From assembly GCA_016199585.1 (NCBI GenBank), contig JACQGM010000364.1, forward strand, positions 1-42,402: a DNA stretch of 42,402 nt, in the 5' to 3' direction. Source of the stretch: Armatimonadota bacterium (GTDB lineage: Bacteria > Armatimonadota > JAAZEB01). The translations under genes and the position numbers were made by a program. Under the pieces are notes generated by a model, which saw nothing but the letters and a program-made list of their open reading frames with translations, had not been told where the DNA came from and did no database searches. This document shows, one piece after another, positions 31,611 to 39,883 of the stretch; position 1 is the stretch's first letter; the number at the start of each line of letters is the position of its first letter.

Positions 31611-33065
31611 CTACGACCGCCGCTCCCCCACCCACCGCTCCGCGAAGGCAATCGCCTCCTCGCGGCTCCTCACTTCCCCGACGGCGACGGCCTCCTCCAG
31701 GGCTTCCAGCAGTTCCCCCAGCTCCCGCCCAGGCTTCAGGCCGGTGGCGCGCATGAGCTCGCGACCGTCGGCAGGGACCACCGGCCGCGCCACGGGCGCG
31801 CCCTCGAAGTGCAGCCGCAGCATCTCCACCACGAAGCGCCGGTGCCGCTCGATCTGCTCCGGCGCTGCCCAGGGGCCGCGCGCCGCCAGGCGATCCGCCA
31901 GCGAGAGGATGAGCGTCTCGACCGCCGAGTCGCCCGCCTCGCGGAAGAACCGGTAGCGCTGTCGAGGATCCAGCGGCTCCTCCAGGGAGAGCCAGCCGGG
32001 GGAGAGGTGGCCGGCCACCATTCGCGCGACAGCCTTTGTCTCCCGGCCGCCGAGGCGCAGCCGGCGGCAGATGCCCGCGGCCACCGCGGCGCCCGCCTCG
32101 TCGTGACCCCGGAAGGTGATCACTCCGCCCGGAGTGACATCGCGTGTCTGTGGCTTGGCGACGTCGTGCAAGAGGGCGGCGAAGAGGAACAGCTCCCGCC
32201 GCGCGCGCGGTGGGGTGATCGGCTGAGAGAGCGCCCGGTGTGCCGGCTCGAACACGTCCTCCGGCAGCTCCTCACCGACGAGCAGACGCTCGGTCTGGCG
32301 CACTACCTCGAGGGTGTGCTCCCAGGCGTCCAGGTGGTGGTTGGCGTTCTGCTCCAGGCCCTTGAGCGGCATCAGCTCTGGAAGGATGACTCCGAGCATC
32401 CCCATCTCATCCAGGCGGCGCACCGACTCCGGACAGCCCGGCGCGCCCAGGAGCAGGAAGAGCTCGTCACGCACGCGCTCGGCAGCCGCGCCCGCCAGGA
32501 GGCCGGCCTGGCTGCGCGCCAGCGCCTCGGTCTCCGGCACGATGGTGAACCCCAGAACCGCCGCCATCCGCACCGCGCGCAGCAGCCGGATCGGGTCGGC
32601 GGTGAACACATCGGGCCGGACGTGCCGCACCCTGCCCGCGCTCAGGTCATCCAGCCCGCCGGCGGGGTCGATCAGGCGGCATGTTGAACACATTATTCTA
32701 TAATGTATTATAGAATAATACATTTGATCGTGCTGCAGCGGCAGCGCCATCGCGTTGATCGAGAAGTCACGCCGCAGGAGGTCCTCTTCCAGGGGCTCGG
32801 TGAGCGGGAGCACGTCCACCGGGATGCCGGGGGCACCGGAGCGAGGCACGACCCGGTAGGCGCGCATCTCGCGGTGGAGGCAGAAGGGCGCCCCGCCGGT
32901 GCGCCGGGCGATGCGCTCGGCCAGGCGCCGGGGGTTGCCATCGGTGACGAGGTCGAGGTCTTTGGTCGGACGGCCCAGGAGCAGGTCGCGCACGCACCCG
33001 CCCACGAGGTAGATGCGCTCGCCGGGGCGCGGCAGGTCGGCGAGGGATCGCAGCAGTTCTTCCAT
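31611..33065 (-). CDS. cca: CCA-adding enzyme / poly(A) polymerase-family tRNA nucleotidyltransferase with an HD domain
   Basis: GGCVRDLLLG...DLDL, RRDFSINAMA, ...DPIRLLRAVR and an HD motif (LLHDVAKP). The ATG at 33065 is 3 nt after the upstream gene stop. It contains the AT-rich palindrome listed separately. Confidence 0.88.
   Translation of the reverse strand: MEELLRSLADLPRPGERIYLVGGCVRDLLLGRPTKDLDLVTDGNPRRLAERIARRTGGAPFCLHREMRAYRVVPRSGAPGIPVDVLPLTEPLEEDLLRRDFSINAMALPLQHDQMYYSIIHYRIMCSTCRLIDPAGGLDDLSAGRVRHVRPDVFTADPIRLLRAVRMAAVLGFTIVPETEALARSQAGLLAGAAAERVRDELFLLLGAPGCPESVRRLDEMGMLGVILPELMPLKGLEQNANHHLDAWEHTLEVVRQTERLLVGEELPEDVFEPAHRALSQPITPPRARRELFLFAALLHDVAKPQTRDVTPGGVITFRGHDEAGAAVAAGICRRLRLGGRETKAVARMVAGHLSPGWLSLEEPLDPRQRYRFFREAGDSAVETLILSLADRLAARGPWAAPEQIERHRRFVVEMLRLHFEGAPVARPVVPADGRELMRATGLKPGRELGELLEALEEAVAVGEVRSREEAIAFAERWVGERRS
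32683..32728. repeat. AT-rich palindrome inside cca: perfect 13-bp arms ATTATTCTATAAT / ATTATAGAATAAT (32692-32704 / 32707-32719), 2-nt spacer, partly extendable
   Basis: Read directly. There are 9 G/C in the 47 nt of 32681-32727, within otherwise GC-rich DNA. The sequence is open in the cca frame, encoding QMYYSIIHYRIMCSTC. Confidence 0.95.
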
Positions 33066-33068
33066 CGC

Positions 33069-35390
33069 TCACCAGGGGAGGCGCGCGGGCTGGCGGAAGG
33101 AGCCGCGCGCCAGGAAGACGCCCCACCGGTGTACGAGGGGCGACGGCAGATCGAAGACGACGCCGGCGGCGTTCCCCTCCTGCGCCGCGGTGACGAGGCG
33201 CATGGCGTGCCGCGAGGTGCGCACCCGCGCCGTGCTGACCACGGGGAGCACGCGGGTGCCCGGCGCCAGGAGTTGCACCCGCTGGGAGAGCTTCCGGGCA
33301 GCGGCGGTATCCCCGGAGTCCAACTCGGGGCAGATGCCGTCCACCCAGGACTGGCGCACCCAGGAGCGCCAGTCGGCGATGGCGTAGGAGCGCGGCTCGA
33401 TGCCGACGGCGCTGATGCCCGCCAGGATCGGCACGCCGGGACGCACCGTCCGCAGGTCGCGGGTGAGGCGGCGCACCAGGGTGCTGACGCGCTCGCGCCG
33501 CCAGCGCAGCCACTCCGCCTCCCACTCGCCGCGCAGCGTCTCGGTGCGGGGGTTGCGGCCGGTGTCGGCCTGGAAGAGAGCGACGCAGGTGGGGTCGTAG
33601 CACGCCTCGGGAACACCGCCGTAGTCCAGGCAATCGAGGAGGATGCCCTGCACCGGGTAGCTCGCAAGAACGCGGCGGACCCCGGCGCACAGCGCGTCAC
33701 GCGCGCCGGCCTGCGAGGGGCAGAGCCACTGGAGGCCGCTGGAGACATAGCGCGCCCCGGCTCGCGTCTGCGCGCTCCACCCCGGGGCGAAGGGGGAGGT
33801 GGCGCCGGGGGCCCCGGTAGTGAGCAGCGGCACCCAGGCGTAGACGGACATGCCGCGCGCGGCGGCCTCGGCCAGGATCGAGGCGAGCGGGTCGTGCCCC
33901 GCGAAGCGGGGGTCCTGATTGGGTCCGGGAGCCAGGGTGAGGCCGCCGCAGTAGACCTCGGGCACGACCAGGTTGATGCCGGCTGCCTGGAGGTTGCTCA
34001 GGAGCTGGCCGATGGCGGCGCGCGAGGCGGGGAGCAGGCTGCGGGGGAGGAGCACGGCGCGCGCTTCCACCGGCCGCGAGGGGAAGGCGAGGAGGCCGAT
34101 CCGCTCGGCCGCATCCAGCGCCGCGGCAATGGCCGCCGTCGCCGTGGGCGAGAGCGCCGCGGCGGGCGTATCCGGGGGCACCGCGGGGGCGATCTCCAGT
34201 CCGGTCGCGTCGGGCGCCAACCCGGGTGCGAGCGGATCACCCCCCGGCGCGAGGGCACCCGGGTCTGTCTGCGCGCCGCCACCGGCGGAGCCGGGAGCGG
34301 GCGCCGCGGCGATCGGGGGAGCCGCCAGAGCGGCGGGGGCGGCCGCGGCGGGCACGGGAGATCCAGCCGGCGGGAGAGAGGTGCTGGCCGCCGCCGCCGA
34401 GGCCCGGGCCTCGGCGGCGGCCAGCAGCGCCGCCGCATTCGCATCTGTGGATGCCGCGGCCACGCGACGGGCTTCGCCCAGGGCCACCTCCAGCTCGGCG
34501 AGCGCCAGCCGGCGCGGATCGGGGGCTGCCACGGGCGAGAGCATCCGAATGGCGTTCTCCAGCAGGCGCAGCATGTTCCGGGTCAGCAGCGCCTCGGAGA
34601 GAATGTCCGGAGCGAAGTACGCCGTGCACGCGGTGGTGACCAGCGCCGGGGAGCGGGCCGCCGAGCGCCCGCTCGGGGTGCCATCCTCGGCCACCCAGCT
34701 TGCCTCTACCTTCCCGCCGGGCAGCGCCTCGACCAGCGGCGTGGAGCGGCTGCGCACCTCCACGTACTCCGGCAGCCCCCGGAAGGCGGCACCGCTGTTC
34801 ACGGAGCGCAGGTAGGCGTTCCCGGCGGCGCTCCAACCGTTGATGCGCACCTGCAGCGTTTCCTGCAGGCGGTAGGCGGGAAAGGCGAGCTGCCGCTTGG
34901 GCGAAACCGTCGTGCCCCACGAGCACGCGATCATGCGGCCGCCGCGCTGCACGAAGTCACGGAGGAAGGCCGCGGCTGTCAGCGTCAGCGGCCGCTCCAG
35001 GTTCACCAGCAGCGTGCCGTAGGCATCCAGCGCCCCGGCGTCCACGTCTTGATAGGACACGACCCGCGCATCGTAGCCGGCCTTGCGCAGCAGCTCGGCC
35101 AGCTCAGGGGCATCCACCACCCCGATCGCCGGCAACTGCGCGGGTGAGACCACCTGAAGCTGCAGCGCCGTTGGCCCGGGCGCCAGCGGGATCCCCGGTG
35201 CCCCGGCGGGCGGCGTCGGTGGAGGCGTGGGAGGCCCGGACTCGAGCCCCTGCGCCAACAGACAGGCGCCCCCCAACGCGATCGCCAGCACTACCCGCGC
35301 CAGTCTGGCGGCCGGTGCCGATGCCGCGCAACACGCCCCGCGCCCCCGAGAGACGGCGCGCTTCCATCGCTCTCGATCCAATCTCCCCAT
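33069..35390 (-). CDS. Secreted GHL10/DUF187-type (YngK-like) glycoside-hydrolase-like protein with an N-terminal domain and a long Ala/Pro linker
   Basis: Start at the ATG at 35390 (a TTG 9 nt downstream is also possible). Signal peptide present. The C-terminal half has ...GINLVVPEVY..., ...DPLASILAEAAARGMSVYAWV..., ...WLCPS... and ...VQGILLDCLDY, matching the GHL10 pattern as I recall it. Confidence 0.75.
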   Translation of the reverse strand: MGRLDRERWKRAVSRGRGACCAASAPAARLARVVLAIALGGACLLAQGLESGPPTPPPTPPAGAPGIPLAPGPTALQLQVVSPAQLPAIGVVDAPELAELLRKAGYDARVVSYQDVDAGALDAYGTLLVNLERPLTLTAAAFLRDFVQRGGRMIACSWGTTVSPKRQLAFPAYRLQETLQVRINGWSAAGNAYLRSVNSGAAFRGLPEYVEVRSRSTPLVEALPGGKVEASWVAEDGTPSGRSAARSPALVTTACTAYFAPDILSEALLTRNMLRLLENAIRMLSPVAAPDPRRLALAELEVALGEARRVAAASTDANAAALLAAAEARASAAAASTSLPPAGSPVPAAAAPAALAAPPIAAAPAPGSAGGGAQTDPGALAPGGDPLAPGLAPDATGLEIAPAVPPDTPAAALSPTATAAIAAALDAAERIGLLAFPSRPVEARAVLLPRSLLPASRAAIGQLLSNLQAAGINLVVPEVYCGGLTLAPGPNQDPRFAGHDPLASILAEAAARGMSVYAWVPLLTTGAPGATSPFAPGWSAQTRAGARYVSSGLQWLCPSQAGARDALCAGVRRVLASYPVQGILLDCLDYGGVPEACYDPTCVALFQADTGRNPRTETLRGEWEAEWLRWRRERVSTLVRRLTRDLRTVRPGVPILAGISAVGIEPRSYAIADWRSWVRQSWVDGICPELDSGDTAAARKLSQRVQLLAPGTRVLPVVSTARVRTSRHAMRLVTAAQEGNAAGVVFDLPSPLVHRWGVFLARGSFRQPARLPW

Positions 35391-35394
35391 CTCC

Positions 35395-36168
35395 TCAGCC
35401 TCCCGGCTTCCGCGCCACGAAGTAGGCGCGGTCGCTGTCGGGGAGCGGCCGGCGGAAGGTGTAGGCCTCGAACACCGCCAGCGTGTCGAAGCCCGCTCCT
35501 GCGAGCGCCTCCAGGACCTCCTCCGGCTCGTAACCCGCCTCGTAGTGTACTTCGGTGAAGTGGCGGGTGCCGCCCTCCTCATCCACCCAGAAGTCCATCA
35601 CCACTTCGCAGATGCGCGCCTCCTCGTTGTAGGCGCTGCGCCAATCATAACGGATGGCCGAATGCCGGTCCATGTGTCGCTGGGTGAAGAGATTCTCGCG
35701 CAGGGCGAAGATGGTGTTGATATCGAAGATGTAGAGCCCGCCGGGGTTGAGCACGTCTGATGCCGAGCGGAACGCCCGTCGGACGTCCTCGAGTGTCGTC
35801 AGGTAGTTGATGCTATCGTACAGGCAGACGGCCAGGTCGTACCGATCCGGGAGCGATAGGCTGCGCATGTCGCTCCGGTGGAAGGGGATGTGCCGCTGCG
35901 CCTGCCGGGCCTTCTCGCGCGCCACCTCGAGCATCGGCTCGGAGAGATCCGTCCCGGCCACGCGGTAGCCGCGCTCGGCGAGCGCGAAGGTGACGTTGCC
36001 GGTGCCGCAGGCGATGTCGAGCACGTTCCGCGGCGAAGCCTGGAACCGCGCCAGCAGCTTCTGGACGTAGTCCACCCACTTGCGGTACGGCACGGTGGAC
36101 ATGAGGGCGTCGTAAGCCCGGGCCACTTCGGTGAACTGAGGTTGACGCCCCCGGACGGCCTCGCTCAT
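35395..36168 (-). CDS. Class I SAM-dependent methyltransferase
   Basis: The ATG at 36168 overlaps the xylB stop (ATGA). Motif I VLDIACGTGNVT and post-I GTDLSEPML. 257 aa. Confidence 0.88.
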   Translation of the reverse strand: MSEAVRGRQPQFTEVARAYDALMSTVPYRKWVDYVQKLLARFQASPRNVLDIACGTGNVTFALAERGYRVAGTDLSEPMLEVAREKARQAQRHIPFHRSDMRSLSLPDRYDLAVCLYDSINYLTTLEDVRRAFRSASDVLNPGGLYIFDINTIFALRENLFTQRHMDRHSAIRYDWRSAYNEEARICEVVMDFWVDEEGGTRHFTEVHYEAGYEPEEVLEALAGAGFDTLAVFEAYTFRRPLPDSDRAYFVARKPGG

Positions 36169-37709
36169 GCGCTTCCTTTCCCGACGACGCTGGCGGTCTG
36201 GCGAAACAGGCCCCGGAGCTGCGGATAGAGCCCCCGGTAGAGGCGGTAGTGCTCCTCGTAGGCGCGGACGCGCTGCGGCGGAGGCGGCTCCGTCACCCGG
36301 CGCGCGGCGATGGCGCGCGCGCACGCCTCCGGTACCGAGGGGTAGGTGCCGACGCCCACGCCCGCCAGCAGCGCCGCGCCGAACGCCGGACCTTCCTCCG
36401 CCGCGGCCTGCGAGAGCGGGACGTTCAGCACCGCGGAGAGGATCCCGCGCCAAACCTCGCTGCGCGCGCCTCCGCCGGATACCCGCACCTCGCCGATCGT
36501 CAGGCCGATCTCCCGCAGGATCTCGAGGGAGTCGCGCAGGGCGAAGGAGACGCCCTCGATCACCGCCCGGGCCAGGTGCCGCCGGTCGTGGCGCAGGCTG
36601 AGGCCGAAGAAGACGCCGCGCGCGTCGGGATCGGGGTAGGGAGTGCGCTCGCCGGTGAGGTAGGGGAGGAAGAGGAGACCCTCGGAGCCGATCGGCGCGC
36701 GGGCGGCCCCCGCGGTGATGAGCTCGTAGGGATCCACGCCCTGGCGCCGCGCCCGGTCGGCATCGGCCGCCGCCACCACATCGCGATACCAGCGGAGGGA
36801 GCCCCCGGCGCTCAGCACCACGCCCATCACGTGCCACTTCCCCGGGACGGCGTGGCAGAAGGTGTGGGTGCGCAGCTCCGGGTCCATCACCGGCGCGTCG
36901 GCGCAGGCGAGGACCACTCCCGAGGTGCCGAGGGAGATGGAGACCGCTCCCGACGCGGCGATGCCGTTCCCCACGGCGCCGGCCGCCTGGTCGCCGCCGC
37001 CCCCCACCACCGGGGTGCCCTCCTTCAGGCCTGTCTTCGCCGCGCCCGCGGCAGAGACCCGGCCGCTCACCTCGGACGACTCGTAGACGCGGGGCAGCCA
37101 CTCCTCCGGGATCCCGAGCGCCGCCAGTATCTCGCCCGACCAGCGCCGACGGGGCACGTCGAAGAGCGAAGTGCCCGAAGCGTCCGAGACCTCGGTGGCG
37201 AACTCGCCCGTCAGCCGGAAGCGGATGTAGTCCTTGGGCAGGAGCACCCGGCGCACGCGCGCGTAGACCTCCGGCTGGTTCTCCTTCACCCAGACGATCT
37301 TCGGCGCGGTGAAGCCGGTGAGCACGGGATTGCAGGTGATCGCGATGACGCGATCGCGCCCGACCGCCTCGGTGATCCGCTCACACTGGGGGGCCGTGCG
37401 CTGGTCGCACCAGAGGATGGCGGGCCGCAGCACCCGGTGGCTCTCGTCGAGGAAGACGGAGCCGTGCATCTGGCCCGAGAGACCCACGCCGGCGATAGAC
37501 TCCGGCGCGACTGCCGCGCGCTCGCACGCCGCGCGCACGGCGGCTCCGGTCGCCCGCCACCACTCCTCGGGGTCCTGCTCCGCCCACCCGGGCCGCGGCG
37601 TGGTGAGCGGGTGGTCTGCCGTGGCCGAGCCGCGCGCGCGCCCGTCCTCGCCGATGACCAGCGCCTTCGTGCCGGTGGTGCCCACGTCAATGCCGAGCAG
37701 ACAGGGCAT
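36165..37709 (-). CDS. xylB: FGGY-family carbohydrate kinase, xylulokinase-like
   Basis: Start at the ATG at 37709 (MPCLLGIDVGTTGTKALV). WAEQDPEEWW, GLSGQMHG, ILWCDQR, GGGDQAAGAVGNG and FLPYLTGERTP are all typical of XylB. The symbol is assigned by similarity pattern only. Confidence 0.85.
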   Translation of the reverse strand: MPCLLGIDVGTTGTKALVIGEDGRARGSATADHPLTTPRPGWAEQDPEEWWRATGAAVRAACERAAVAPESIAGVGLSGQMHGSVFLDESHRVLRPAILWCDQRTAPQCERITEAVGRDRVIAITCNPVLTGFTAPKIVWVKENQPEVYARVRRVLLPKDYIRFRLTGEFATEVSDASGTSLFDVPRRRWSGEILAALGIPEEWLPRVYESSEVSGRVSAAGAAKTGLKEGTPVVGGGGDQAAGAVGNGIAASGAVSISLGTSGVVLACADAPVMDPELRTHTFCHAVPGKWHVMGVVLSAGGSLRWYRDVVAAADADRARRQGVDPYELITAGAARAPIGSEGLLFLPYLTGERTPYPDPDARGVFFGLSLRHDRRHLARAVIEGVSFALRDSLEILREIGLTIGEVRVSGGGARSEVWRGILSAVLNVPLSQAAAEEGPAFGAALLAGVGVGTYPSVPEACARAIAARRVTEPPPPQRVRAYEEHYRLYRGLYPQLRGLFRQTASVVGKGSA

Positions 37710-38033
37710 GGAACCGTTCCTACGCATCAGACACCCGACCCGCAATCCCTTACCGCAAAGCCAAGCCCACAACCGAAAGACACCATCGCACCGGCCTCAC
37801 CCCCGGCCGAAGGGCAGCACTCTCGCAACGGCATCGGAGCGCCGGTGGAACCGGCTGGAGGCGGGGCGGGAGGGGGCCACTGGCCCTTCGTGCCCCACGC
37901 CGCCCCCGCCCGATTCTCGGGCGCTCCGGGCAACAGGCCGAAGGAGCCTGCGTGTCCGGCGGCGCCAGGCCCGGCATGGCGGGTGTTGTCGGGGGTTGAG
38001 ACGACGCGCGCCATCCTCATCCTGCCCATCCAG

Positions 38034-38619
38034 CTAACCCTCGGCCTCGTCTTCCCCCGCCAGTGCTCGCAGATCGATCTCCAGCCCCGGGAAGATGCCC
38101 GGGCGGAACACCGACCCGGCGGCCACGCTGGCGGCGCGCACATAGCGCCCCTCAACGAGTTGGTACTCTTCAACCACGAGCTCCATCGGATCGATGATCC
38201 AGTACCACGCCACTCCCACCTCCCGGCAAAACCTCGAACTTGCCGACACGGTCGCGCGCCTCGCCACCCCGCGGGGAGAGCACCGCCACCACCAGATCGG
38301 GAGGTCCCGTCACCTGGCCGCTCTCCGGGTCATACTCCGCCGCGCCCTCCCGCGCGATGAAGAAGACATCCGGGGCGTAGACGACGTCCGGCAGCACCGC
38401 CACCAGGCTATCGAGGAACACCCGGCCCAGCCGGTTCTGGCGCACGTGCGCATCCAGGAATGTGAAAAGGAATGCCGCCAGGCCGTTATGTCTCGGGTGG
38501 GGGCGTGGCATCTCGATCAACTCTCCCCTCTCGTACTCGTAGTCGGGAGGCCCTTCGGGGAGCTGCGCGAACTCCGCCAGGCTGATCCGGGAACGCACTA
38601 TCGGTTCTGCAACGGCCAT
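38034..38619 (-). pseudogene. Uma2-family (DUF820) PD-(D/E)XK endonuclease gene split by a frameshift at an A4/T4 run (38228-38231)
   Basis: The upstream frame (to 38170) gives ...ISLAEFAQLPEGPPDYEYERGELIEMP.P...H......F....PDVFFI....PDLVVAVLSPRGGEARDRVGKFEV. The second frame (38034..38267) continues FCREVGVAWYWIIDPMELVVEEYQLVEGRY...FPGLEIDLRAL. Removing one T from GTTTTG joins them into a canonical Uma2 sequence. Confidence 0.75.
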
Positions 38620-38705
38620 GGTCATCTCTCCCAAGGATACGTTCGTGGGCGAGGGCGGGCTTCCTGCCGGGAGCGCCCCGGGCGCTTTCCCCTGCGAGCA
38701 GAACG

Positions 38706-38714
38706 TGGTATACT
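38706..38714 (+). promoter_or_regulatory. Extended -10 promoter TGGTATACT upstream of the AI-2E transporter gene
   Basis: TATACT at 38709-38714 is preceded by TGg. It has the same architecture as the elements at 6014-6022 and 22213-22221, and lies ~69 nt upstream of the proposed GTG start. Confidence 0.45.
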
Positions 38715-38782
38715 GGGGAGGCGGTTCGCCGTCCGAGGGTAGGGAGTGTCCCATCTGCGGCCATATTCGCGGGAGGAAGTCC

Positions 38783-39865
38783 GTGGACCGTGAGCGTTTC
38801 CGGCTGACCCTGTTCTTCATTCTGCTGACACTGTTGGTCGGCGTGTGCGTGGTGTTGGTCTGGCCGTTCCTGCGGCTCATCGCGCTGGCGGTAGTGCTGG
38901 CGGTGGTGGTCTACCCGGCGCACCGGCGCATCGCCCGGCGGATCCGCGGGCCGTCGGTCGCCGCGGCGCTGTCGTGCGGCCTCGTGGTCGTCGCGGTGGT
39001 GCTGCCGATGGCGCTGGTGACGGCACGGGTGGTGGACGAGGCCACGGCGCTGACCGAGGAGATGAAGACAGCGTTCGAGAGGGGCGAGCTGCCGGCCTAC
39101 CTCCGCCCTCTGGACCTGGCCGCCGTCCGCGACGCCCGGCGCTGGGTGGAGGAGCGCATCGCCCTCTCGGGGCTCGACCTGGAATCGGCCGTGCGCGAGA
39201 CGGTGACGCAGGCGAGCGCCTACCTGGCGGCGCAGAGCATGGTAATGGTAAGGAACCTTGTCTGGGGAGCCGTGCAGCTCCTGCTCGCGCTGGTGACGCT
39301 CTTCTTCCTGCTGCGCGACGCGCCACGGCTGTTGAACTCGGTGCGCGCGTTCGCGCCCCTCGATCCCGTTCAGACCGACGCGGTGCTGCGGCGCGCCACC
39401 GACACGATCCACGCCACCGTCTATGGCGCGATGATCGTGGCGATCACCCAGGGAACTCTGGGAGGGCTGGCGTTCTGGGCGCTCGGACTCCCCTCGGCGC
39501 TGCTGTGGGGCGTGGTGATGACGATGCTCTGCTTCGTGCCGCTGTTGGGCGCGCCGGTCGTGTGGGTCCCGGCGGCCATCGCGCTGCTGCTCCAGGGAGC
39601 CTACGCGAAGGCGGTCGGCCTGGCGCTCTGGGGCGCGCTGGTCGTCGGCCTGGTGGACAACCTCTTGCGTCCGACCGTCATCGGCGCGCGCACGCAGCTT
39701 CACCCGCTGGTTGTCTTCTTCAGCGTGTTTGGCGGGCTGCTCCTCATCGGTCCGCTGGCCTTCATCCTGGGGCCGGTGATCGCGGCCGTGACCCTGGCCC
39801 TGCTGGACATCCTGAAGCTGCAGTTGGCGGAGGGCCGCGCGGCCGCGCCGGTCGAGAAGGTGTGA
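38783..39865 (+). CDS. AI-2E family transporter (PerM/YhhT/UPF0118-type permease)
   Basis: Start moved to the GTG at 38783, with GGGAGG 6 nt upstream and downstream of the promoter. There are 7-8 TM helices. ...LFFLLRD...TIHATVYG...ITQGTLGGL.FW..G...ALLWG... and ...VDNLLRPTVIG are typical of the family. Confidence 0.85.
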   Translation: MDRERFRLTLFFILLTLLVGVCVVLVWPFLRLIALAVVLAVVVYPAHRRIARRIRGPSVAAALSCGLVVVAVVLPMALVTARVVDEATALTEEMKTAFERGELPAYLRPLDLAAVRDARRWVEERIALSGLDLESAVRETVTQASAYLAAQSMVMVRNLVWGAVQLLLALVTLFFLLRDAPRLLNSVRAFAPLDPVQTDAVLRRATDTIHATVYGAMIVAITQGTLGGLAFWALGLPSALLWGVVMTMLCFVPLLGAPVVWVPAAIALLLQGAYAKAVGLALWGALVVGLVDNLLRPTVIGARTQLHPLVVFFSVFGGLLLIGPLAFILGPVIAAVTLALLDILKLQLAEGRAAAPVEKV

Positions 39866-39883
39866 GGCGCGGCCGCCCGCGGG

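Noticed and set aside
33990-34450. Ala/Pro-rich low-complexity DNA inside the GHL10-like gene as a possible repeat array
   Set aside because: No regular period was found on reading. It translates as an A/P-rich interdomain linker in the gene's frame, which is common in secreted multidomain proteins of GC-rich bacteria.
32703-35147. 814-aa plus-strand ORF starting inside the AT-rich palindrome (MYYRIIH...)
   Set aside because: It is antisense to cca and the GHL10-like gene, and is a low-complexity Arg/Gly/Ala shadow. The ATG exists only because the palindrome mirrors the cca codons.
36249-38360. 703-aa plus-strand ORF; similarly 10342..12219 (+), 1114..2307 (-), 2380..3378 (-), 19485..21275 (-) and 23215..24249 (-)
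   Set aside because: All are antisense or off-frame to genes with clear family signatures (xylB, TPR-SGNH, RND, gltX, DUF4097/sigma). They have the Arg/Gly/Pro/His-rich composition of non-coding frames in GC-rich DNA.
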